Notes under the pieces: generated by a model
Told to the model about the DNA's origin: nothing
The model's database searches: none
The model's input: the letters and a program-made list of their open reading frames with translations, nothing else
Translations under genes and position numbers: made by a program
Shown here: piece by piece, positions 50,252 to 62,298 of the stretch
Numbering within the stretch: position 1 is the stretch's first letter
How the letters are laid out: each line of letters opens with the position of its first letter
Assembly: GCA_001642005.1 (NCBI GenBank)
Contig: LWCA01000054.1
Coordinates: forward strand, 1 to 64,000
DNA: 64,000 nt
DNA from: Intoshia linei
Lineage: Eukaryota > Animalia > Orthonectida
Direction of reading: 5' to 3'

Positions 50252-51349
50252 ATGAAGGTAATTCCAGATATTTGTTGGATAAAACAGGGCATACCAGAAG
50301 AACACCCAACTAAAATTTCTATTGATAAACAGTATAGTTCTGATTGCAGTGAAGAAGAGAATAGTATTTGTGATAGTGACAACTCATCTAATTCTAGTGA
50401 CGAAGATTTACAAGTTTTGGAAACTGACAATTTGTTGGTATTCCCTGTTGTAGAAGATTCATATCTTTTTAATTTACAAGTAGATGTTTATACTGGAGAT
50501 GATATTGATGATTTTTACTGTCATCATGATCATATGCTAGATTTTCACCCTCTTTGTATCGACAATTTACACTCTGATAATGGTAATTTTGTAGTTGTTG
50601 GAGGAAAGGATGGGTTTTTGCGATTATGGGATATCAATATTATAAATTCGGCTGAACCACAATTATACCTTGGTAAATCCGAAGAAAATGATGATTATTC
50701 TCCGACAAATGAAAATGCAACATTATGTGTCTCTGCTCATAAATCTGACGAAAACGTAGTTTGTAGTGGTCATCTTGATAATAAATTATGCGTTTGGGAT
50801 TTAAATGATTCAGAAAAACCAAAATTATCTGTTACAACCAAAGATAGTGTAACATGCATAGCTTGGATGAATAAATCAACAATCTTATTTGGTTGCGATA
50901 ATTCTACTATAGCATTACGCGATATCCGTGAAAAAAAAAGCAAATCTAAAACTAATTCCCAATTTTATAATCTGGACGGAGCCGTAGAATCTTTATTTTG
51001 TTGTTTTCATAACACAAATTCAATATTTGTGTGTACTAATAAAAATACAATGTATGAGATGGATACTAGAAATTTTAATAAACCCACTGAAAAATTAGAA
51101 TTGGTTCATTCTAAACTAATTTCTTCAATTAGTCAATTTCGTAGTTCACCTCATCACATTATTACCGCATCACACGATAAATCCGTTTCTCTGTGGGAAA
51201 TTAACGGCTTCAATAAAATTTATTCACAAAAATTAAACCTTGGCCGCATCACCTCTGTAAAGGAATCACCAGATAATGATTTAATATTTGCCGTTTCCGG
51301 TGAAAAATTTTACAAATTGTATGATATCAATAAATTTATTAATATATAA
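50252..51349 (+). CDS. PWP1: Periodic tryptophan protein 1 (WD40, ribosome biogenesis), single exon, 365 aa
   Basis: N-terminal ICWIKQG, an acidic tract, DEDLQVLETDNLLV, LQVDVY, FYCHHDHMLDFHPLCI, NFVVVG...LRLWDINIINSAEPQLYLG, then WD repeats. Confidence 0.87.
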   Translation: MKVIPDICWIKQGIPEEHPTKISIDKQYSSDCSEEENSICDSDNSSNSSDEDLQVLETDNLLVFPVVEDSYLFNLQVDVYTGDDIDDFYCHHDHMLDFHPLCIDNLHSDNGNFVVVGGKDGFLRLWDINIINSAEPQLYLGKSEENDDYSPTNENATLCVSAHKSDENVVCSGHLDNKLCVWDLNDSEKPKLSVTTKDSVTCIAWMNKSTILFGCDNSTIALRDIREKKSKSKTNSQFYNLDGAVESLFCCFHNTNSIFVCTNKNTMYEMDTRNFNKPTEKLELVHSKLISSISQFRSSPHHIITASHDKSVSLWEINGFNKIYSQKLNLGRITSVKESPDNDLIFAVSGEKFYKLYDINKFINI

Positions 51350-51752
51350 ATTATTTCTTGTCGGACAGGAGTTCTAGCATTTCGTCTTTATTGGTTAATC
51401 TTTTATTTTTTAAGCTAAAATTCTCAAACTCTAATTGATACATCAATCCATCTTTTGGTTTTGCCAGCATTAAACCCTGTTGGCCTAAATTCATCATTTA
51501 CAGTGCTATATGCTATATAGTATATATTTATACCCATGTTAACCATCCATTCACTATATTAGTTTACAACTCATAATCATTAATCAATTGACTACCACTG
51601 CATAATCAATGGTAGAAAACCGTTATATAATTTCATCAACTCAAATTAAAATTAAACGACTTTTTTTGTAATATCACTTCTAAAAGGATAAGTGGGTTGT
51701 TTATTCTTAATTAATTCATGCATGGATAGTTGACAAATTTAATTAAATCGTA

Positions 51753-52529
51753 TCAATTACTCAGATTTAAATTATCCCAATTTTCAAATTTTTGTTTTAT
51801 ATGATTTTCAAATATATATTTTGAGCCATAGTGCCATACAAAAGTAAACATTAAAAGTCGTGGCACAAAGTTAAACCAAAAGTAAGGTTGGGCATTAAAT
51901 CTTCTTTTCATAACCGTATTTATCGAATGATCTCTGTTTAATTGTATATAAATAAACTTGTATTCAATTTGTATTTTATTATGTATTAGCCTAATGGGAA
52001 AATCCAATCGAAAAGTAATTTCTGAATTAAAAGCATATTTATATGGAATAACTGTCCCACCTAAAAAAAGAATTTGAGATTGTCCATTATAAAATTTTTC
52101 CAAAAAAAAACTTGTAAAATTAGTTTTCGCTGTAAATTTGTATTTAGATATAATTAAATCAACAAACGTCGGATTCATTATCGAATCAACTATAGTAGAT
52201 AAATAATGGAAATTAAATAAATAATTATCAAATTTTGGATGAACCACAATTAAATATAAATTTGGATCTATGTATTGTATTTTTAGAATTTGTTCTAAAG
52301 GGGTATTTACAAAAGGCAATTCACCAACTCGACGTATTGCTTTCACAAATTTTCCTGTGGTAGGTATCAAAAGTTTAACTTTATAATCAAAAATTATATT
52401 TTATTTTTTTGCATTATGATATTCAAGTTTGTAATCCAAAATGCTTTCACCAAATTCATTTTTCAATACACATTTTTTTAATTTTTCTTTTTTTTTCCAA
52501 CTAAATCCCAAGGCAGTCAAAATTACCAT
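51753..52529 (-). pseudogene. Orphan intronless reading frame of 259 codons with one in-frame TAA (52401-52403); gene or pseudogene of unknown function
   Basis: ATG 52529 opens 42 codons, then TAA, then 215 more open codons in the same frame. That is unusually long for DNA this AT-rich. No family recognised; there is a hydrophobic segment near the C-terminus. Confidence 0.45.
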
Positions 52530-52549
52530 TAATTGTCCGAATTGAATTA

Positions 52550-53090
52550 ATATGAATACTAAAATGCTTTTTTGACCGTGAAGTCGTCACTTATTCGGAT
52601 TGAAATTTTTTGTGTATGTTAACAGGATACAACTGTACAACTTGTAAATTTTTTGAAATTCTAGGGCTGTTTTCATTAAAAAAAGAAGGGTAATCTGTGG
52701 TTTTGATCGTGAAAATTATCTTTTTTTATGTTTCTATTTATGATAATCTTGATGAACAGTTTAAAAATTATCCCAGAATTTATGCATAAAAAAATTTTAA
52801 GACATGTTTCATTTTTAAAACAAAGGGTAATTTGTGGTTTTGACCATAAAGGTATACGTTTCTGAAGCTGATATTAACGATAATGTTGATGATTTTAAAA
52901 CGCGTTCCAGAATGTATGCTTCATTATATTTTTAGGCTGATTTGTTTTTAAACAAAAGGGAAATTGGGTTTTTGACCGTGAAGGACTCAAATTCTGAAAC
53001 TGAAAAATAAATAAAAACACGTCCTGGTAAAAACTGCATTAGAAATTTGGTTTTTTAAATCCTACGACTGTCAATTTTCTAACTAAATGG
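52550..53090 (-). mobile_element. Helitron-family fragment with ~130-bp internal tandem subrepeats
   Basis: Matches 10070-10560. TTTTGAYCRTRAA recurs at ~52570, 52701, 52838 and 52970. Confidence 0.75.
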
Positions 53091-53232
53091 AATTCAAAAA
53101 TGTACGTGTAAGTAAAAAATAGAACCACAAGGTGACTAATTTGAAATTAAGTTTATTGGTGTGTAAAACTTGATTTTAAATTATTTTATATTAGTTGTTA
53201 ATATTTTAAAAACATTGTAAAAATATCAATTG

Positions 53233-56200
53233 ATGCAAAATAATTCTAATCTACCTCCAGACATTCAAGGAATCATAAAACAAATTGAAACAAAATCACA
53301 CGTGACCAAACAAAAGGTAGTTTAAAATATGTAAGTTAATGAACTCATGTACTTGAAATGTATTGTTGATAATAGAATATATATACTATTAATTTAAATT
53401 AAATTACAATGTATATTTTTAATTAGTAATGTAGGCCTTGGAAAAATTGGAATTGAACCTGAAATGTATCATAAAAGATGAATCACATATAATTAAATTT
53501 TTGCACACATGGTCGAATCTTTTTCGAAAATATTTATTTGTATAATTGTACCTTAATACTTTGTAAGTCATAAAAATATTTAGTGTGATAATGCAGCAAC
53601 TATTCTTGCTTTGTTACAAGTTCATAAACACTTGTGTCTATATATCGGCAAAGACATTGTAAAAATTTTGAAATATATTATCGGCTATTGGTTTATAAGC
53701 TTTCAATCTTCCAACAAGACAGTCTCAACATTATCTTTAAATATTTTTGTCGATACATTTAAAACCACTGAAAATCGAAAAAATTTGTTTATCAAATATT
53801 ACAAGGATATTTTGAAAGATATTGAAATTATTTGTAATATTCAAAATTTGGAAAAGTGTCGGTATCATTTATTGTTTAAAATTATTAACATTAAATTATC
53901 ATTTTAGATTAAAATGTGATAGAGATGAAATCATTTCTTTCAGTTTTGTTTCTTTTTTAGTTTTATTTGAAAAATGCCAATTATATTTTAAACAAACATG
54001 TGATTTCGATATTTTTGTCTCTACCTTTCGCAAAATTGATGCTAATAAAATTGTAAATGTTAAGATTGTACAGGTTTGTTTATTTTTATTATAATTTACA
54101 TTTTTAATTTTCTATCATTACAGAAATTTCCATTGTCTATCACTAATTTGGTTTATATTGTTAAAGAATTTTACAATATACATGGCCATTTTTTGGAAAA
54201 TGCATATAATCATGAAAATTTTGTCAAGAGTGTTTCCGTCATTTTTCTCAATTCTACAAATATCAATCTTTTATCTTTTTTTTTTAAATTTATCATATCA
54301 ATTGAAAAACAAGTATTTTTAATGTTGATTTTATTCATTTTCAAAAAAGGGAAAGGACTCAATATTGATATCAGATTTTAAAACTTTCATAGGCAAAGTT
54401 ATCAGAGTTAATGAACCGAAATTATTTAATTTATTCGCCAAAGAAGTGTCAGAATGTGCTAAAAAAGATATTGAAATTATAGAACTGGTATACAATATGT
54501 CGCTGGAGATTTTATTTGGGTAAATATTTTTATAACATTGTAAAATGAACTACATTGTAGTAAATTTTATTGTAGAGATTTTTAAAAGACACTTGACACT
54601 TTTTTAAGTGTTTTAGAGTATTTTATTGGTGAAAACTTTTACCTGGTCAAATGCGACATAGTGCACTGGGGTTGGCAATTTTTCGATAAAATATTGATAA
54701 ACAAATTATGTAGCCATGTTATTAAATTATGGACTTAAGAGCTGAAATTTGATTTAGAAATATGAATCTTTTATGTTCTAATTTTGGAAAAAGCAAGGGT
54801 CATTTTTCAAACATTTCCTCGATCCCTTCTCCGCAGTGGTCGCGGTTACGATAGGTTCGGATCTAATCAAATTACTACCATTTAAAATACTTTTATCGAT
54901 AAATTTTGATGGTTTGTCAACCCTATTCGACTCTGATCAGTATGTATGTTTATGACAACTAATATGCTGTATTTTTACTTTTTTAAATTTTTTCGTTTTA
55001 TCAATGTTTAAAATTATATATTTCCATTATAGATCTGATCAAATTAAATTTATCACCCGAAATATACAATTGAAATTATTTCTTTATATAATAGTGAATT
55101 TGTCTAATGCAATTTTTTCACTTGATGGCAATTCTAATGACTCAAAATGTATTGAAATGTTGAATACGGTATTTTTTAAAATTTATTTTGTAATTTTCGC
55201 ATTGTTTACTCATTTCTGAAGCATATTTTTAATTGTATATTGCTTGAGATTTGGAATAGACTCCTGATTATTCGAAAATTTGAAAAAACGATTTTCAAGT
55301 AATGGAAAATATATCGAATTTTAGATAAAACTTGGATAAAATCTCCACAATATAAATATATAGGGTATTAATCTTCAGGTGTATCAAGTAAAAGTTGCTC
55401 AAAATGTATGTGTCTGTGTGTTATCAATTATTTAGAAAATTATTAATTCTAGAAATATAAAAAACGAAATTCTAAAGTTATGTTTTTAGTGCATTAATTA
55501 AGTTAAATTTCACTCAGAAATTTACTGCTTTACGGACAAAAATTTAATTAACAGATTTTTTTAAAATGAAAAAACTAAGTGTCCTTTTATTTGAAAAAAT
55601 AAAAATGCTTATAGTTGTATTGTAAAAAAAGTTTATACCATAAAATTTGTATATTCACCGTCAAAAATACAAATTAAACGTCAGACGTTAAATTCAAGTT
55701 TGACGTGTAAATACATTGTGTATCATACATTTAAATAAATATTTAAATACGTTGTTTTCGTGTTAAAAATACATAATTGACGTATTTTTTAACTTTAAAA
55801 AATCTACACCTTAAAAATTAAATTTACAATTAATTTATAAGATTATAAGAAAAAAATCATAAATCAAATGAATTCCATGAGTAAACAAGGTTCACCGAGC
55901 ATAGATTTGATGGACATATTTAATCATAGATTTTGCTAATTAATGATATTATTGATTTTTTGAACAATTTTGTAGGTTCCTTTAAGGAAAATTTTTTTAA
56001 TCTAATTTTTAAAGATTTGAAGATAATATTGGTCCCAAAATTGGGTAAAATTTGTAAGGTATAATTGTTAGTTAAAAATATATTTCTGTTTGTTCCAGTT
56101 TAGTTAATAAAGTAAGAGGAATCGTGTTGTAAAAATTCTATATTTCTATAACAGTTTTCGATAGTGTTGTTTTATCGCAAATTTTATTTCAAAAACCCCA

Positions 56201-59200
56201 ATTATCCTTTTTTTTAAATTTATCAATATTATGATAATTTTCAATTTCAAAATCTTATATCTTCACGGCCAAAACCACAACCTTTTTTGTCAAAATTAAG
56301 AATGTCCTAGAATTTTATGCAAATTATAAATTCTGGGATGGTTTTTAAATTCATAAGTATTATCATAAATGAAAACTTAAAAAAGAATCATTTTCATATT
56401 TAAAACCAGATTACATTTTTTTACAAATGAAGACAGACCTAGAATTTTAAAAAAAGTTACTGATGATACAGTTATATCGAGTTAACTCACACAAAAATTT
56501 TCAATCTGAAAAAGTGACGATTTCACGGTCAAAAAAACACTTTAGTATTCATTTTTTTTATTTTGCTACTATTTTATTAAAACAAAAAATTTGAAATAAT
56601 GAACGTTCCTACAATTAAAAAAAAATTATTCTGATGTAGCATATTCTAGTTGATATAGATACAAAATCTCAATCCCAGAAATCTACGCATTCCCAGTGAA
56701 AAATAACTTACTATGTTACATTTAATGGTTTTCAAATATCTGAATTAAAAATGAAAATATTTTACAATTTCAAAAAAAATGTGCATTGAACGTCTACACA
56801 TTTCCAATAGATATAGATGCACGGAAATATCATAAATTCATTGCTTGGGCTTTTTTCATTGGTTTTTATAATTTATTATTTAAATTTAAATTAAAATATA
56901 TCCAATTTTTATTTTTTAATACTTGACGACCAAATGTACAAATTACCCTTTGCTTTAAAAATGAAAAAAGTCGGAAAATTTCAATAATTAATATTTTAAA
57001 ATATAGTGAAAACAATACAATTATTGTTACAACCCTAAAAAATCGTCATAAATAGCATGAACTCTAAAAAAAATAAAATTGTAAATCTACATATTGATTT
57101 CTCCAAAAATTATAATTTGGTAAAATATTTTCAGTGTTCTTTTTGATTAATAAGAATTATTTTTAATCAATAATGGATTCATCCCTTTTAAACATATTTT
57201 TTGGATGAAGGAATTGTCCGTTTTGTACCAAATTACCAAAGGTATATTTCAATTTACCATAAGCTTTGCCTGTTTTTGAAAATCAGAAAAAGTGTAGCAA
57301 TGTTAAAAAAACTAAAGGAATCAATTTATAATACTGAAACCCAGATTTCTGTAATTCAATCATGTACTTTAAATTCTTTAAATTTTTTTTCGAAAAGAGT
57401 AAATAGAACATTCATCTTTTCACCGGTCAAGGTGTAACTTTGTGAGATTGAATATTTTGTATGTGTTAACTGAAAATAACTAATATTATCTGTGATGTTT
57501 TTTTAAATTGTAGGGCTATAAATTCCGAAATAATAAAAATGAAAAAAATTCCGAAGGAATGAATTATATCGATTTTCACCCATATTTCTTTATTGGAAAT
57601 GTGTAGACGTTCAATACACATTTTTTGATAAAATTGTAGGATCAATATTTTCAATTTTTATTTTAAATTTAAATTGGTTTTTATCATTTTTTGAAAATAA
57701 GGAATAATTTGGGATAATAATAGTTTTGACTGAGAAGATATACGTTTTTGAGGTTGAAATTTATGAAAATATTTATGATTTTCAAAACTATCATATTTTA
57801 TGTTTTGTAAATTTTGGGAGCCATTTAATTTAAAAAAAAGGGTATTTTAGGATTTTGATCATGAAGATTCAAGTTTATGAGATTGAAATTTACGATAACA
57901 TTAATTATTTCAAAAATTGTGTTATAATTGGTATTTTGAAAACTTTACGCCTTGTATTTTTTTGAATAAATGTTTACAAACAGGTATATATTTGGCTGAA
58001 TTACTTTATATAAGTTAGGATTTGTATGAGACTATTGAAAATGATTTACCCACATCTAGTGAGTTATATATAATTATAAAATTTTCAAAATATGAAACAC
58101 CCTAATAGGCCTTTTTAAAATTTAAATTTTAGCTAATGTGGACATTTGTGCAGATTTTGATTGATAATTATAACGAACTAAAATTTATTGAAGCTATATT
58201 ACAAGTTCAATATTCTGGAAACGTTATTTATTTAATTATATCCCATATATACATGAGGATTATGACGTCATATACGTATACTTTTAATGATAATTCAAAA
58301 GATGATAAAGACTTGAGGTATGATTATTTGCGAGAAATGAAATGTATGATTACAAGATATGCCATTGATTCTAAATATATACTTGATAAAGGAAATTTTG
58401 ATGCATTATGTCCCAGTTCAAAAAAAGCGTTTACCAATCAATTGACAGAAATTTACATTCAATTAAAAACAGAAAACCAATTGGAATGTAGTAAAATTGA
58501 ACATGTGCAATACGAGAAAATTAATTATCAATGCGCGTCTCTTTCACATGCGTTGACCTCTGTTGAAATATATACTTGTATGAAAATTTTAAAAGATTTA
58601 CAAAAACCGATATACCAATTTTTAAATAAAATGGACGATGAATTTGACAATACTATATGCTTAAACAAATTAATTTCAAATTTAAACATTTTATACATGA
58701 ATTTGTGTGTTTCAAAAATTAGAAACTATTTATCTGTATATCAAACTTTTTTAAAGGATCCTCTTAATTTTTATTTGTTCAAGTTTTTACTTGACCAAAA
58801 ACATATAGTTTGGTTTTTTAGAAACATGTTTGAAGAAAATCTTGATATTGATCATTATCTGTTTACTAGATTGTTGTTTCCATTTTTTGTAAATGTTTAT
58901 ATGGACGACGCATCACGATTCTACACTGCATTTGATTCACGTTGTAGCGTCTTTGCAAGTATGTTTGTTATTAAATTTTCAACAGATGAAAAAAATGACA
59001 AAATTTCAAAACCAGTAATATTCGAAAAAATAAAAAATATATTTGAAAATCAAAATTTCCAATACCTATTCAATAATTTCATACAGTTTAATAACCATTT
59101 GAATATAGATACTTTTAAAATATACGCCATTCCTATATATACATGTCTATATTATTATTCTGTTAATTTACCAAAATTTGTTGAATTATTTGTGACGATA

Positions 59201-62200
59201 CCTTTCACTGAATGTAGTCATTTTATCCATGTTTTTTCTTCAATATTAATATATCAAATCTCAAAATTTGCAAATTTAGATAAAAATTCAATATATGTTT
59301 TAATTTTGGACTATATAAGTGATGTATATATTTGCATCCAAAAAATTTCAAATCTGTGCAATGAATCTTTTAAAGTGTACAAGAATGTTTTGCGTGATGT
59401 AATTTTTTATACATTCACACATTATGTCTTCAAGGACATTGCATGTTTTGATGGTAAAAAAAAAAAATGTAACCAAGTTTATCCAATATTATTTGCCATT
59501 TCCACACTATCCGAATTATTCCTCAATACCAACCATATTTTGCATGATGAAATGGATTTGAAATTTTTATCCATCTTTGCTTCTAAAAATTTTTTAATTT
59601 TCTTAAAATACGTATTTTCCCATTCCACTTCTAGATTCAGTGTTAAGACTGACAATGAAACAAAATCATTTTTAAAAAAAAATATTTATGTGATTGTTAT
59701 GCGTGTATATTTGATATTTGAAGTGGTTTGTTTGAAAATGAAGAGATTTAGTCAAGTTGAATCTTTAAAAAATTTTTTTGTCGATAATTTATCTGTAAAG
59801 GGAATTTATTTTGAATGCGATTATGATTTTTTGTTTTATTGTGTTGTTCTTTCTAGATTATATGTAATTTTGGATCAAAAAAAATTTAAATTATATGAAT
59901 ATTTTGATGATCCAAAGGTTAATCTTTTATATCAACTGTACACTCAAAATTTAATCTACTATTGCATAATAAATAAATTGGATCAATGGTTATTTTATAC
60001 AGACAAACCGTACGTTTACTGTGATTTAGTGAATCATGAATCGAATCATGTAAATGTCCCCCAGGGTTTATCAAAATTCTGCACCATTTTATTGGTTACA
60101 AAATTGTACATTATGAAATCTTTTGGTAATACTTATCATTTACCAGAAATTAATAAATATCTCAGCAAATGCCATGTTTTGTATAAAAGTTTGCTTTTTG
60201 TTTTGTTTAATTGCTCCCGAAAATGCGGAGTATGCCAAAAATTGTTCAAATACCATGAAAATATGTATATAATACTACACGAGCATGTGTTTGGTTCCGA
60301 AAATGTTTTTTATGCCATTTTAGCATCAGATTTGAATTGTGAAATGATTGAACTGGAATTTTTACAATTACAAGAAAAAATGGCTTTCGATGTATTGAAT
60401 TACCCGTGTAACGAATTGCGAAATGTGAAATTTTCTGTAGATGATTTTACTGCATGTATCAATTTAATTAAAACGGAAATTAGAAAAAATGAAGATATTT
60501 CATTTTATAAATCTCGTATTTTCTTGAAATTGCTAGAAAATGAAACCGAAATCTTGAAATTAGATTCAAGTGGTAAAAAATCTCAAAAATCTTTATTTTT
60601 TTCAAATTTTATTGATGGCACTTTAATTCAAAGTCAAACTCATGAATCGAATATTGATCTTGACAGAGAAATGGAATTGAAGCACACGTGTTGTAAAATT
60701 TATCGTGACAATTTTTCAAAAATATTGAAACAACTGACCAACGATTCAAATGCACAATTTCAACCAGTCGCAAACCTTATTTTACATTTTAATTTAGATT
60801 ATTTTGACGAATCGATCAAAGACGTCAAGGTTGAAATTTACAATTTTTTGTATATAGTTAGAGAAGCTTTATTGAATTGGCCAAATAATGATAATTTTGT
60901 GTGGATATATTCCTATTTCTTGTTAAATTTAAATTTTAACAGCAATTTAATTGAAAAAAAAATTATTGTTGATATTATATACATTTTTATATTGAGAGAA
61001 AGGCAAAGCAATGTCGGATTTAAATTGGATTTTATCAATGTAGTCAAATTTTTGAAGGGTGTTGATGATGGAATTTTGTTGCATGCGTTGAATTCTTATA
61101 GTGATTTATTTATTTCTCATTTTGATTGTTTCAATTTTACTTCAACTTGCAATTCTAGTATAATTTGCCTTTATATGCCTTATTTGCAGGCAAAATGTTG
61201 TACACTATTATTTAATGATTTTCAAAAATTGGTACTGTTGAAAGATTATGATTTTAAAAATCAAACGATTGAAACGTATTCAAGTCTTTATCAATTACAA
61301 AAAAACTTTTCCAAAATTAAATTAAAATTTTTGGTTGGAAATTGCGAAAATAAAAAACAAGAATTTTTAATGTATATATTCATATGGGACATTTTAATAA
61401 GTGTTATTAATAATTTGCAAGAAATGTATCTGATTCATGGAAATTTATATTTCAATTGCTTAAAAACTTGTGTCGAACAGTGTGCATCTCTTTTTAATTC
61501 AAATCAAATTGTGTATATTTGTGTTGATGCCATTTTAAAAAATGATAAATTGAAGAGTACCCACGTTTTTTTTGTTTACCAACTTTTTCGTAATCTCATC
61601 AAAACTAATCCAAGATACATTTCAATGGCACTTGACAATGTTTCTCCATTTTGCTGTCAACATTTTTATAAAATTTATACCAAATTTAAAATTGGTTCAT
61701 TTATTTTTCAGTCTCATATTGATAAACTACGAGAATATATTTGTAGAAATAAATCCTTTTCAATGAATATAAAAAACAAAGTTGTAAATACAAAAAATTT
61801 TATTTTAAAATATACTATATCTGATGTCATTATTACTCTACATTTGTCTATTGATAATCTTTATCCCATTTCTAATGTTAAAACTACATTTTCAACTAAT
61901 TTTAACCCGTCAGATAATAAAATTAGACAATGGGTGTTCAAAATCGAAAAACACTTGAAATATTCGGTACTTTTTTACATTTTTTATACGTTTATGTTTT
62001 TATTTTGAAATTAGCATACTAATTTATCAATGGTGGCTTCTTTTTTGAAAGATTTATTTGCCAAGGAATTTAAAGATTCGTCGGAATGTTTAATTTGTTT
62101 TTCCTATTTTGATCAAAGTCGACGTAAGTATCCAGATATGAAGTGCCCGCAATGTTTAAAGTTATATCATCAAGATTGTCTAGTATTTTTTTATTTTATT

Positions 62201-62298
62201 TTGTTTTTATCTTTTTTAAGAAATCATGGATTACTCAGCGACAAAAAAATTTATCTGACAGTACTTGCCCGCATTGTCTAGCTAAAATTACAATCTAA
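53233..62298 (+). CDS. LTN1: E3 ubiquitin ligase listerin (ribosome quality control), divergent; includes a ~3.8-kb exon (58133-61967)
   Basis: N-terminal PDIQGIIKQIETKSHVTKQK/ALEKL...FLHTWSNLF...LKYIIGYW, a long helical body, RWD-like LHLSIDNLYPISNVK...IRQW, and the C-terminal C4HC3 RING ECLICFSY....YPDMKCPQCLKLYHQDCL/KSW...STCPHC. Confidence 0.85.
56090..57090 (+). mobile_element. Helitron-family copy in an LTN1 intron
   Basis: Reverse complement of the 9750-10560 and 52550-53060 internal sequence. Confidence 0.7.
57430..58020 (-). mobile_element. Helitron-family copy with 5' terminus, in an LTN1 intron
   Basis: Ends TTTATATAAGTTAGGA|T, as at 10621. Internal GAAGGAATGAATTATATCGATTTTCACCCAT. 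Confidence 0.7.

Noticed and set aside
51430-51500. Possible SECIS element or C/D snoRNA (ATGATGA...AA...) downstream of the TGA-ending orphan ORF
   Set aside because: Helix II does not pair through to a 3' GA quartet, there is no CTGA D box, and the internal stop of the ORF is TAA rather than TGA.
52401-52403. Alternative genetic code (TAA read as sense, as in ciliates, which also have furin-repeat proteins)
   Set aside because: FAXDC2, UFC1, IMP4, PWP1 and LTN1 end in TAA at the expected positions, TAG and TGA are also used as stops, and no conserved exon has internal stops.
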